A DNA stretch of 64,000 bases from Nitrospirota bacterium. GTDB taxonomy: Bacteria; Nitrospirota; UBA9217. The stretch's first letter is position 1. Each line of letters begins with the position of its first letter. A program made the position numbers and the translations under genes. Location: assembly GCA_963790205.1 (NCBI GenBank), contig CAWBNQ010000003.1, positions 128,001 to 192,000 of the forward strand. The letters are read 5' to 3'. Positions 30,433 to 42,608 of the stretch are shown here, in pieces. The notes under the pieces were generated by a model, which saw only the letters and a list, made by a program, of their open reading frames with translations, had not been told where the DNA came from and made no database searches.

Positions 30433-32376
30433 ATGCCGAAAAATCTGACGCACAAGATCCTTGAGGGCCACTTGGTCGAAGGGGAGCTCATCCCCGGCAA
30501 AGAGATCGGGGTCAGGATCGACCATACCCTTTTGCAGGACGCAACCGGAACGCTCGCCATGCTGGAGTTTGAATCGCTCGGGCTCGAGACGGTAAAGGCA
30601 GAGCTGGCCGCCCAGTACGTGGACCACAATCTTCTCCAGACGGACAACAAGAATGCCGACGACCACAAGTTTCTCCAGACGGCCGCGGCCCGGTATGGGG
30701 TCCATTTCAGCAAACCGGGCAACGGTGTTTCGCACCAGGTGCACATGGAGCGCTTCGGCGTTCCGGGCAAGACGCTCCTGGGTTCCGACAGCCACACGCC
30801 GGGAGCGGCAGGCGTGTCCATGCTCGGCATCGGGGCAGGCGGTCTCGACGTGGCTCTGGCCATGGCCGGGTATCCGTATCATCTTCCCTGTCCCAAAGTG
30901 CTCGGCGTCAAGCTCACGGGCAAGCTCCCCGACTGGGTGAGCGCCAAGGACGTGATCCTCGAGATGCTCCGCCGTTATGACGTCAAAGGCTGTGTCGGAA
31001 AGATCGTCGAATATTACGGCCCGGGAGTAAAGACCCTTTCGGCGACCGATCGCGAGACTATCGGCAACATGGGTACCGAGACCGGGGCCACGACCTCCCT
31101 ATTCCCCTCCGACGAGAGGACGCGGGAGTATCTGATCGGGCAGGGACGGGGCGACGCCTGGGTCGCGCTTGCCGCGGACGAGGGCGCGACGTACGACGAG
31201 TATGCCGAGATAGACCTCTCGAAGCTCGAGCCGCTCATTGCCAAGCCGTCATCGCCCGGGAATGTGGTCCCGGTGCGCGAGGTGGCGGGGACCAAGGTAG
31301 ACCAGGCCATCGTGGGTAGCAGCGTGAATTCATCGTTTCGGGACCTCATGATCTCGGCAAAGATGCTTGAGGGCAGACACGTTCATCCCGACACGTCGTT
31401 CCACGTGAACCCCGGAAGCCGCCAGGTGCTCGAGAACGTGTATCAGGCAGGCGGACTCCTTGCATTCCTCACCTCGGGCACACGCGTGCATGAACCCGGG
31501 TGCCAGGGCTGCATCGGCATGGGCCAGGCGCCGGGCACGGGAGAAGTGAGCCTTCGCACGTTCCCGCGGAACTTCCCGGGAAGAAGCGGGACCAAGGACG
31601 ACAAGGTCTACCTCTGTTCGCCTGAGACGGCCACAGCGGCTGCTTTAAAGGGAGTGATCATCGATCCGCGGGACCTGTCCAGGGAAATGAAGTATCCGCA
31701 TATCGACGATCCGAAACAATACCTCATCGACGAAAAATCCCTCATCTTCCCGTCTGAGAAACTCAGAAAGACCACGGTCGTGCGCGGCCCGAACATCAGA
31801 CCACTACCGAAGCTCGAACCCCTTCCGGACACGCTCCAGGCTGAGGTGGTGCTCAAGGTCGGGGACAACATGTCCACGGACGGGATCATGCCGGCTGGCA
31901 ACCGCGTGCTTCCGTTCCGCTCCAATATCGAGGCGCTCAGTGAGTTCGTGTTTTCCCAGATCGATCCCGATTTCGCAAAGAATTGCAAGGCGAAAGGAAC
32001 GGTCGTGGTCGTGGGGGGCGAGAATTACGGCCAGGGGTCGAGCAGGGAACATGCTGCGCTGGCACCGAGGTATCTGGGCGTCCGGGCGAAAATCGTAAAG
32101 AGCTTTGCCCGCATTCACAAGTCCAATCTCTGCAATTTCGGCATCCTGCCGCTTACCTTCAAGGACCCGAAGGACTACGACCGCATTGCGCAGGGCGCGA
32201 GGATGGCGTTTCCCGATGTGCGCAAGCGCATCGAGAAAGGCGAGCGGGAGATCCCGGTCGAGGTTGACGGAAAAACGATCATGACGGCCCTGGATGTCTC
32301 GGACCGGCAAAGAAAGCATCTGCTCGCAGGAGGGACGCTCAATTTTGTGAAGAAAGAACTGCTCGTGGAGGTTTAG
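30433..32376 (+). CDS. Aconitate hydratase (single-chain, ~650 aa type)
   Basis: QDATG, DHN, GSDSHT, CQGCIG, NYGQGSSREHA. Confidence 0.92.
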   Translation: MPKNLTHKILEGHLVEGELIPGKEIGVRIDHTLLQDATGTLAMLEFESLGLETVKAELAAQYVDHNLLQTDNKNADDHKFLQTAAARYGVHFSKPGNGVSHQVHMERFGVPGKTLLGSDSHTPGAAGVSMLGIGAGGLDVALAMAGYPYHLPCPKVLGVKLTGKLPDWVSAKDVILEMLRRYDVKGCVGKIVEYYGPGVKTLSATDRETIGNMGTETGATTSLFPSDERTREYLIGQGRGDAWVALAADEGATYDEYAEIDLSKLEPLIAKPSSPGNVVPVREVAGTKVDQAIVGSSVNSSFRDLMISAKMLEGRHVHPDTSFHVNPGSRQVLENVYQAGGLLAFLTSGTRVHEPGCQGCIGMGQAPGTGEVSLRTFPRNFPGRSGTKDDKVYLCSPETATAAALKGVIIDPRDLSREMKYPHIDDPKQYLIDEKSLIFPSEKLRKTTVVRGPNIRPLPKLEPLPDTLQAEVVLKVGDNMSTDGIMPAGNRVLPFRSNIEALSEFVFSQIDPDFAKNCKAKGTVVVVGGENYGQGSSREHAALAPRYLGVRAKIVKSFARIHKSNLCNFGILPLTFKDPKDYDRIAQGARMAFPDVRKRIEKGEREIPVEVDGKTIMTALDVSDRQRKHLLAGGTLNFVKKELLVEV

Positions 32377-32435
32377 TTATCCAAACTTCGATTTGAAATC
32401 TGGATTTTGTGGTTTCCTCCAAAGGAAGGTTGTTT

Positions 32436-33659
32436 ATGGCACTGAAAGCACAAATAAGAGAGCTCAGGCAGGAAAAGCCTGACGCCGATAATACTACAAA
32501 GAACAAAGGCCTGAGGGGAGTGACGGTAGCGGACACGAAGATCTCCGACGTGGACGGAGAGAACGGCGTCCTTATCTACCGCGGGTACCGGATCGAAGAG
32601 CTTGCGAAAAATTCGACCTTCGAGGAGACGGCGTATCTGCTTTTACACGACGCCTTGCCCACGGCAGGGCAGCTTGCGGAGTTCTCGCGCGGGCTCGTCG
32701 ATGCCCGGCGTTTGCCGGGTTTTGTTCTCGAAATCCTCAAACGGCTGCCTGCGCAGGCCCGGCCCATGGATGTGCTCCAGGCATCGGTGCCGCTCTTGGC
32801 GACGGCCGACCCGGACCTGAGCCTGGAGACGCGCGAGGCGAACGTCGCAAAGGCCGTGCGGCTCATCGCTCGGGTCGCAGGGATTGTTTCTTCCTGGCAC
32901 CGGGTCCGGAACGGCCTCGAACCGCTTCCCTCCGATGACGCGCTTGCTCATGCCGGAAACTTTCTCTGGCAGCTCACGGGAAAGAAGCCCGACGCTGAGA
33001 CGGAGCGCGACCTGGACATCGCGCTGGTTCTCCATGCGGACCATTCCTTCAATGCCTCGACTTTCGCCTGCCGCGAGGTGGTTTCGACGCAAGCGCACAT
33101 GTACGCGGGCGTGGCCGCGGGCGTGGGGGCGCTCTCCGGTAGCCTGCACGGCGGCGCGAATGCGCAGGTCATGAAGATGCTTACGGAGCTGCAGGATGAG
33201 AAGGACGTTTCCGGCTGGGTGAGAAAACAGCTCGACAGCGGCCAGAAGATCATGGGCATGGGCCACGCGGTGTACAAGACCACGGACCCCCGGGCGAAGT
33301 TTCTCAAGGAGATGGGCCTGAGACTTGGTCAGAAGTTGCGTGAAGAGCAGTGGTATCGCCTTTCAACCCAGATCGAGGAGACCGCGGTCTCCGAGCTCGA
33401 GAAGCGGGGCAAGACCACGATCAAGCCGAACGTCGACTTCTACAGCGCGCCGGTCTATCACTTGATGGGCATCCCGGGGGACCTCATGACCCCTGTCTTC
33501 GCCGTGGCGCGGGTCTCCGGCTGGACCGCCCATATTATCGAAGAGAAGTTCGGCGAGGCGCAGGAAAAGCCGGCGCTCTACCGTCCGTCGTCGGATTACA
33601 TCGGCAACTACTGCGGCAAGACGGGATGCGTCTATGAACCGATAGAACAAAGGAAGTAA
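32436..33659 (+). CDS. Citrate synthase (or 2-methylcitrate synthase)
   Basis: YRGY, HADHSFNAST, LHGGAN, GMGHAVYK, PNVDFYS. Confidence 0.93.
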   Translation: MALKAQIRELRQEKPDADNTTKNKGLRGVTVADTKISDVDGENGVLIYRGYRIEELAKNSTFEETAYLLLHDALPTAGQLAEFSRGLVDARRLPGFVLEILKRLPAQARPMDVLQASVPLLATADPDLSLETREANVAKAVRLIARVAGIVSSWHRVRNGLEPLPSDDALAHAGNFLWQLTGKKPDAETERDLDIALVLHADHSFNASTFACREVVSTQAHMYAGVAAGVGALSGSLHGGANAQVMKMLTELQDEKDVSGWVRKQLDSGQKIMGMGHAVYKTTDPRAKFLKEMGLRLGQKLREEQWYRLSTQIEETAVSELEKRGKTTIKPNVDFYSAPVYHLMGIPGDLMTPVFAVARVSGWTAHIIEEKFGEAQEKPALYRPSSDYIGNYCGKTGCVYEPIEQRK

Positions 33660-33757
33660 GAAAAATCTTGGGGGATGTTTTACCGCAGAGGACACAGAGT
33701 TTAAGATTGGGTATGCGGGAATGAAAGATTATAGAAATAAGCTTCAGGAGGATGCAG

Positions 33758-35263
33758 ATGGCAACTAAAAAAGCAAAGGTCCAGGCACGCCGAGTGAAGA
33801 AAGGAGCAGCCCGTTCCAAACCGCGGCGTTCCGCGTCCTCCTCGCAGGGGGTGAAAAAAATGAAAGTCAGCTCATTGAAATCGTTTAAAGAAAAAAAGAT
33901 GAAGATCCAGTCGATCAATCCCTTTACTGAAGAGGTGATGCAGGAGTTCACGCTCATGACGAAACCTGAGATCAACGAACAGGTCGAGAAGTCCCGCAAA
34001 GCGTTCAATAGCTGGAGGAACCTCTCTGTTTCCGAGAGGGCGATCATGATCAAGAATCTGGCCGCGCATCTGAGGGCCGAGAAGCGGAAATACGCCGAGT
34101 TCATGACCCGCGAGATGGGCAAGGCCGTCAAAGAGTCGCTGGCCGAGGTTGAGAAGTGCGCCTGGCTCTGCGACTACTATGCCGAGAACGCGGAGCGGTT
34201 CCTGAAACCCGAGGAGATCAAGACGGAAAATAAGAAGAGCTATGTCATGTTCCAGCCCCTCGGGGTGGTGCTCGCGATCATGCCCTGGAACTTCCCGTAC
34301 TGGCAGGCCTTCCGGTTCGGCATCCCCGCGATCGCGGCCGGGAACGTGGTCCTGTTGAAGCATGCCTCGAACGTGCCGCAGACGGCGCTTTCCATCGAGG
34401 ACGCCTTCAAGGCGGCAGGTTTTCCGGACAGCGTGTTCAAGACCCTGATCATCGATTCAAAGGAAGCGCTCAAGCTCATTGATAACGATCAGGTAGACGC
34501 CGTGTCGCTTACCGGCAGCAACAAGGCAGGCGAGGAAGTCGGCGCTCACTCAGGGAGAAAGATCAAGAAGGTCGTGCTCGAGCTCGGCGGCTCCGATCCC
34601 TTCATCGTGCTCGATGACGCCGACATTGAAAAGGCGGGCAGGATGGCGGTGAGCGCGCGGATGATCAACGCCGGCCAGAGCTGCATCGCGGCAAAGCGTT
34701 TTATCGTGATGGATAAGGTCGCCGAGGAGTTCAAAAAACATTTTATCGCGCGGCTTAAAGAGCTGAAGATCGGAGATCCCATGAATGAGACTACGGACGT
34801 CGGGCCGGTGGCGAGAAAGGACATCCTCGATTCCCTGAACGAGCAGCTTAAGGACGCGAAGGCCAAAGGCGCGGAGATCGTGCAGATAGACCACGTTTTT
34901 AAGAAAGGGCTGTTTTTCGCGCCCAGCGTCGTATATAATCCGAAGCGCAACATGAAGGTCCTGACCGAGGAGGTGTTCGGTCCGATCGCTCCGATCATCA
35001 CCGTGAAGAATGAGGAGGAGGCTGTCAAGATAGCGAACGATACCGAGTACGGCCTTGGGTGCTCCATTTGGAGCAGCAACACGGAGCGGGCGGAAAGACT
35101 TGCCGCCAGGATCGAGACCGGGACCGTGGCCATCAACGACATGGTGAAATCCGATCCGCGGCTGCCCTTCGGCGGCGTCAAGAAGTCGGGCATCGGCCGC
35201 GAGCTGTCGCATTTCGGGCTGAGGGAGTTCGTGAACGTCAAGACTGTGGCGGTGAGAGAATGA
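33758..35263 (+). CDS. NAD(P)-dependent succinate-semialdehyde dehydrogenase (Sad/GabD1-like); conserved core starts at 33899
   Basis: IMPWNFP.WQ, LKHASNVP, LELGGSDP, NAGQSCIAAKRF, PFGGVKKSG.GRELS. Confidence 0.88.
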   Translation: MATKKAKVQARRVKKGAARSKPRRSASSSQGVKKMKVSSLKSFKEKKMKIQSINPFTEEVMQEFTLMTKPEINEQVEKSRKAFNSWRNLSVSERAIMIKNLAAHLRAEKRKYAEFMTREMGKAVKESLAEVEKCAWLCDYYAENAERFLKPEEIKTENKKSYVMFQPLGVVLAIMPWNFPYWQAFRFGIPAIAAGNVVLLKHASNVPQTALSIEDAFKAAGFPDSVFKTLIIDSKEALKLIDNDQVDAVSLTGSNKAGEEVGAHSGRKIKKVVLELGGSDPFIVLDDADIEKAGRMAVSARMINAGQSCIAAKRFIVMDKVAEEFKKHFIARLKELKIGDPMNETTDVGPVARKDILDSLNEQLKDAKAKGAEIVQIDHVFKKGLFFAPSVVYNPKRNMKVLTEEVFGPIAPIITVKNEEEAVKIANDTEYGLGCSIWSSNTERAERLAARIETGTVAINDMVKSDPRLPFGGVKKSGIGRELSHFGLREFVNVKTVAVRE

Positions 35264-35384
35264 CAGAAGAAGCAGAGGACGAGGGACGAGAGACGAGAGA
35301 CGAACGAGGCGATTGTTCGTCCGTCGTCCGAGCGAGCAACGCGAGCGGTCGTCCATCGTCCTTCGTTTGCTACGGGGAGTCAGC

Positions 35385-37019
35385 ATGAAAGCATCCGACC
35401 TGTTCGTTCGTCAGCTGGAAGAGGAAGGAGTTGAATATATCTTCGGCCTTCCCGGCGAGGAGAACCTCGATTTCCTCGAATCGCTGCGCACGTCGAAGAT
35501 CAAGCTGATCATCACGCGCCACGAGCAGACGGCGGCGTTCATGGCCGCTACCTACGGCAGGCTTACCGGAAAGGCGGGGGTCTGCTTCTCCACGCTCGGA
35601 CCGGGGGCCACGAACCTCATGACGGGCGTGGCGCACGCGCAGCTCATCGGCGCGCCGTTCGTCTCCATTTCGGGACAGAAGGCGATCCGGGAGAACCGTC
35701 AGGCGCGGTTCCAGCTCATCGACGTCGTCAGCATGATGAGGCCGATCACCAAGGATGCGGTTTCCATCGTCGACCCCGGGACCATTCCGACGGTCCTCAG
35801 GAACGCATTCAAGCTCGCCCAGGCGGAGCGGCCGGGCGCAGTGCACGTGGAACTTCCCGAGGATGTCGCGGCGAGCCAGACCGACGCCACGATCCAGCAG
35901 CCGGGCCTCGTCCGGAGGCCCGCGCCCGATCCCAAGGCCCTCATCCGGGCGGCCAACCTGATCAACCGCTCGAAGAACCCGCTCGTCATCCTGTCGTCGG
36001 GCGCGAACCGGAATATGATCACGCGCCAGCTCATGCAGTTCATCGAAAACACGGGCATCTATGCCGTGCACACCCAGATGGGCAAAGGCGTGCTCTCCGA
36101 CCTCTCCATGTACAGCCTCTATGCGGCCGGCATTCACGGCCGGGACTACGTCAACTGCGGCATCGATCGGGCGGACCTGATCATCACCATCGGGTACAAC
36201 ATCGTCGAATATCCCCCCTATGTCTGGAACCGGGGCCTCGACAAGAGGATCATCAACATCGACTTCGTCGAGGCGGAGGTCGACAAGTATTTCAACCCGG
36301 ACATCGAAGTGGTCGGCGACATCGCCGGCTCGCTCCTGCAACTGGGAGAGCTGGTCGAGACCCGGAAAAACGGAGACATATTCAGGGCCATGCGCACGTT
36401 CCTGAACAAGAAGCTTTCCCTCGATACGAAGAAACACTATCCCTTGACGCCGAAGGAAGTCGTGTACCAGGTGCGTTCCGTGCTGTCTCATGAAGACATC
36501 GTGACCCTGGACAACGGCATTTATAAGCTGTGGTTCTCGAGGCTCTACCGGACCTACAAACCAAACACGTTTCTCCTGGACAACGCCCTGGCGACCATGG
36601 GAGCCGGGCTCCCGGCCGCCATTGCCGCGAAGATGGTTTGCCCCGACCGCAAAGTGCTTGCCGTGGTGGGTGACGGCGGATTCATGATGAACTCCCGGGA
36701 GATCGAGACGGCGCTTCGCTGCAACACGCCCGTGGTCGTCCTCATCCTGAACGACAATGCCTACGGGTTCATTAAATGGGAGCAGCAGGCCAAGGGGTTC
36801 GCGGATTTCGGGCTCGACTACAAGAACCCCGACTTTGTGAAGTACGCGGAGAGCTACGGGGCCGCGGGCATGAAGGTGGGGAAGGACGATTCGTTGTCGG
36901 AAGCGCTACGCAAGGCGTTTTCACTCGATACGGTCGTCCTGGTCGAATGTCCGATCGACTATTCCGTAAATTACGAAACCTTTTCACGCGAGTTGTCGAA
37001 CATCGTTTGCGATATCTGA
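35385..37019 (+). CDS. ThDP-dependent enzyme, acetolactate synthase large-subunit-like (possible 2-oxoglutarate decarboxylase)
   Basis: FGLPGEENL, RHEQ, LGPGATN, LDNALATMGAG, GDGGFMMN. Confidence 0.88.
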   Translation: MKASDLFVRQLEEEGVEYIFGLPGEENLDFLESLRTSKIKLIITRHEQTAAFMAATYGRLTGKAGVCFSTLGPGATNLMTGVAHAQLIGAPFVSISGQKAIRENRQARFQLIDVVSMMRPITKDAVSIVDPGTIPTVLRNAFKLAQAERPGAVHVELPEDVAASQTDATIQQPGLVRRPAPDPKALIRAANLINRSKNPLVILSSGANRNMITRQLMQFIENTGIYAVHTQMGKGVLSDLSMYSLYAAGIHGRDYVNCGIDRADLIITIGYNIVEYPPYVWNRGLDKRIINIDFVEAEVDKYFNPDIEVVGDIAGSLLQLGELVETRKNGDIFRAMRTFLNKKLSLDTKKHYPLTPKEVVYQVRSVLSHEDIVTLDNGIYKLWFSRLYRTYKPNTFLLDNALATMGAGLPAAIAAKMVCPDRKVLAVVGDGGFMMNSREIETALRCNTPVVVLILNDNAYGFIKWEQQAKGFADFGLDYKNPDFVKYAESYGAAGMKVGKDDSLSEALRKAFSLDTVVLVECPIDYSVNYETFSRELSNIVCDI

Positions 37020-37051
37020 GGGTACAATTTTATCGGGAAATAATTAAGTCC

Positions 37052-37478
37052 TTACAGAATCTGCATCCGATGGGAAGAAATCGAGGCCCGGATTCTCCAG
37101 CAGCATGACTGCGATGATGACGAAGTCATCCCATTTTCGGACCAGCTATAATCTTTCCGTCGTCGGATCGCTCTTACGGACGATAACGTCGATCTGCATA
37201 CCGCTCCGGTTTTCGTTCGCGATGATTTCATCCAGTTCCTGTCGCTCCTTTTTGAGAAGACGCCGGTAGTCCTTTTCCAGGTTCGGAAGCGGGATGTTCC
37301 GCCTTTCAATCCCGAAAGGATCATGTATTACGTGAATAACGGAAAGCTTGGCCCCATATCGTTTGGCCAATGATACGCCGTAATGCACGGCAACCTTACA
37401 GTATTTGGTCATTCTGCTCACGACAGGAACAGGTTTAACATCTTCCATGGCCTGCAACCTTTTTGATTTTTTATTCAT
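37052..37478 (-). pseudogene. Degenerate universal stress protein gene
   Basis: USP-like LAKRYGAKLSVIHVI N-terminal half; stop at 37146 before the usual C-terminal strands. Confidence 0.55.
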
Positions 37479-37604
37479 GCCTTACAAAGATGAAGCTTAA
37501 CGTTATCCTGGAATAGAGAATATCCGGATAGCAGCCGATGGCGCCCAGTCCGCCCACAATAGCACCTCTTCCAGTGCGTCAATTTTATTTGGATCAGTCG
37601 CAGG

Positions 37605-39515
<1,911 letters not shown>

Positions 39516-40017
39516 CGGTCTATTATAGCACAGGCTTCAGGGCGTGCGGTGATGCCTTGTACTATATTTAACTTGCAATTCCCCGCAGCTTGCTGCGGGG
39601 TCACCTTATGTGTTAAGCTCGGAGCGTGAAAGAGCGAACTAAGGTAAACAAGGGAAACCACTGTGCTATTTGAATTTACGTTAGACGTCATTGTCTGCTA
39701 ATTTAACGATTTTATTGTTCGGAGCAGAAAAAAGTAATAATTTTGATAGTATCTGACTTTTTTCGGGCTATAATTAAATCAAGAACTTAGGTTGTTGAAT
39801 TGTAAAAACTTAATGGTCAGACGAAAAATTTGAAGAGCGAAGAAATCACCTATGACGAACCCATAAAAAAGTTAAATGTTCACGCGGAGGCACGGAGCAC
39901 ACGAAGAAAATCCTATTGATGATGACAGGTTATCTCTTGGTGACTTCGTGGCTTAGTGTGAGACAAGACTTTTCCCGACGTTATCAATTATAAACTCGTA
40001 AAAAGAGGGAGGTCAAC

Positions 40018-40266
40018 ATGATTACCGCATTCGTGCTCATTACCGTCCCCAGCAAGCGTTCCGGCGAGGTCGTGGAAGCGCTCCGCAAGCATCCCGAGGT
40101 CCAGGAAGCGGCCGCCGTCTACGGCGACACGGACATCATCGTCAAGGTACAAGCGCCCTCCCTGATCGAGCTTGACCAGGTGATCATGGACGGCATCCAA
40201 GGGAGCCCGGATGTGAAGACAACGCGCACCTATCTTGTTGTCGAAAAACTGCACTGGAAACGGTAG
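40018..40266 (+). CDS. Lrp/AsnC ligand-binding domain protein
   Basis: ITAFVLI, VYGDTDIIV, TTRTYLV. Confidence 0.85.
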   Translation: MITAFVLITVPSKRSGEVVEALRKHPEVQEAAAVYGDTDIIVKVQAPSLIELDQVIMDGIQGSPDVKTTRTYLVVEKLHWKR

Positions 40267-40652
40267 TCCCGCGCCCTTTCCTAGTCGGTCGAGTTCCACC
40301 TTCGACCTCAATTGGGAAGAAGGGAAGAGCCGCGCGGAGACACGAAGAACGACGGAAACATTGAAGCGTTCGCAGGAACAGGAACAGTCTCTGTCGAAAG
40401 CGAATGGTGGGTACAAATGTCATGGCGCTGATTCTTATCCGGTCTGCTGGCCCGGCGGTGCTAAAAAAACAAAGAGGAGAAGTAAATAGCGGTCCGCGAG
40501 TCAGCAGGGTATGTGCACCTGTCCTTAATCAGCATATAGTATATCCAGCCTGCCCCCTCAAAACAATTATCTCTTCCGGAACAGAGAAATATTTGAATCA
40601 TGACCGGCGCCGTGCTATCATAATGCATCACCGAAGGGAGAGGAGCTTTTTC

Positions 40653-41285
40653 ATGAAAACGGAAGAACGCAGGGATTTCGACAAAGAAGCCGCCGCCTGG
40701 GACGAGAACCCGGGCAGGGTCAGGCTCGCTCATGACGTGGCGGCTGCAATTATCAGGGAGGCCGGGCCAACCGGAGAAATGGACGTTTTGGACTTCGGCT
40801 GCGGGACCGGCCTGGTCACCCTGCGTCTCCAGCCCCTGGTCAGAACCATTACCGGCGCAGACAGTTCGAAGGGCATGCTCGGCGTGCTGGAAGGAAAGGT
40901 GGCGGCGCAGGGGCTTGCGAACGTACGGACGCGGGCGATCGATTTTGAGAAGGGCGAGCGCATCGACGGGAAATTCCATCTTGTGGTGAGCAGCATGACC
41001 ATGCACCATGTGCCGGACACGGCCGCCCTGTTCAGGCAGTGGTACGACTTGCTCTACCCGGGCGGCATGCTGGCCGCAGCGGACCTCGATACCGAAGACG
41101 GCTCGTTTCATGGAGACAATACCGGCGTGTTTCATTTCGGCCTCGATCGTGAAAACCTGAAGGCGCTTCTGCTTAAGACCGGCTTTCATGACGTCCGCGC
41201 GGTCACTGCCGCGACGATGATGAGGGACGTCGCAGGCGGCGGGAAGCGGGAGTTCCCGGTGTTTTTGCTTGTGGGCAGGAAATAA
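40653..41285 (+). CDS. Class I SAM-dependent methyltransferase
   Basis: LDFGCGTG, SSMTMHH. Confidence 0.9.
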   Translation: MKTEERRDFDKEAAAWDENPGRVRLAHDVAAAIIREAGPTGEMDVLDFGCGTGLVTLRLQPLVRTITGADSSKGMLGVLEGKVAAQGLANVRTRAIDFEKGERIDGKFHLVVSSMTMHHVPDTAALFRQWYDLLYPGGMLAAADLDTEDGSFHGDNTGVFHFGLDRENLKALLLKTGFHDVRAVTAATMMRDVAGGGKREFPVFLLVGRK

Positions 41286-41410
41286 CCGTCCCCCTCGCCT
41301 CGGTCCTCTCTCCGGGAGGGAGGGAATAAAAAGTTCCCGTGCCCCAGGGGAGAAGGTCGGGATGATCGCCGATTTGCCGGTCATGTGCCCGGCCCAAGAC
41401 AAAGATACCT

Positions 41411-42514
41411 ATGCTCGAACCCATCATCTCACAGTTTTCCATTCCCGGAACGATGATCAAGACCGGACGCTTCGGCTCCGGGCTGATCAACGACACCTAT
41501 CTCTGCGAGTTCAGCGAGGCGGATGAAACGCGCAAGTACATTCTTCAGCGCATCAATACCGCGGTGTTCAGGCGGCCGGAACAGGTGATGGAGAACGTGG
41601 ACGTCGTGACGACCCATATCGCGGACCGGCTCCGCGCGCTGGGTGTGAGCGACCCCTACAGTGTCACGCCCGCGCTCATTCGCGCCCGCGACCACGCATC
41701 GTACCATCGGGACGCCTCGGGCGCGTACTGGAGGATGTTTCATTTTATCGAATCGGGCGTTGTCCTCGACAGCGTCACCGATGCCGGCCACGCTTACGAA
41801 GTAGGCCGCGGGCTCGGCAGGTTCCAGTTCCTGGTCTCGGACCTTGAGCCCGGGAAACTTCACGACACGCTTCCGGGCTTTCACCATACACCGGAATATC
41901 TCGTCGAATACGATGAGGCCCTCAAGAAGGACGGCAGGGGGCGGGCGTCGGAGGCGGGCGCTGAAGCGGCCTTCGTCTCGCGCAGGAAGGCCCTTGCGCC
42001 GCTTCTTACGGACCTCATGAACCGGGGAGAGCTCCCGCTTCGCGTCGTGCATAACGACCCCAAAGTCAATAATTTCATGATCCACAAGACTACGCGCGAA
42101 GCCCTGTGCATGCTCGATCTGGATACGGTGAAGCCCGGGATCGCGCTCTTCGACTTCGGCGATTGCGTGCGCTCGGCGGCAAATCCCGCCGGTGAGGACG
42201 CGAAAGACCTCAACACCGTGACGTTCGACCTGCCGCTCTTCGAGGCCGTGACGCGCGGGTATTTGCGCGAGGCCGGCGCGTTCCTCACAAAAAAAGAGAT
42301 CGAGCTGCTCCCCGCGTCGGTCAAGGTCATTACCTTCGAGCTCGGGATCCGCTTTCTCGCCGACTACTTCCGAGGCGACACCTATTTCAAGATCAGGTAT
42401 CCGGCCCACAACCTCCACCGCGCCAGGGTGCAGTTCAAGCTTCTCGAAAGCATCGAGGCGGCGGAAGAGCGGATGGTTTCCATTGTACGGGACATCGTGA
42501 GATACGAATCATAA
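41411..42514 (+). CDS. APH-family phosphotransferase (N-acetylhexosamine kinase-like)
   Basis: GLINDTY, LQRIN, HNDPK.NN, DLDTV. Confidence 0.85.
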   Translation: MLEPIISQFSIPGTMIKTGRFGSGLINDTYLCEFSEADETRKYILQRINTAVFRRPEQVMENVDVVTTHIADRLRALGVSDPYSVTPALIRARDHASYHRDASGAYWRMFHFIESGVVLDSVTDAGHAYEVGRGLGRFQFLVSDLEPGKLHDTLPGFHHTPEYLVEYDEALKKDGRGRASEAGAEAAFVSRRKALAPLLTDLMNRGELPLRVVHNDPKVNNFMIHKTTREALCMLDLDTVKPGIALFDFGDCVRSAANPAGEDAKDLNTVTFDLPLFEAVTRGYLREAGAFLTKKEIELLPASVKVITFELGIRFLADYFRGDTYFKIRYPAHNLHRARVQFKLLESIEAAEERMVSIVRDIVRYES

Positions 42515-42608
42515 GCGGCATCCGCCGGGGGCCTTTGCCTGCCGCAAACTCCTTCTGTCGGCCGCCGATTTTTAATGCCAATTCTCCCTTTACCTGCCCC
42601 GCCTCTCT

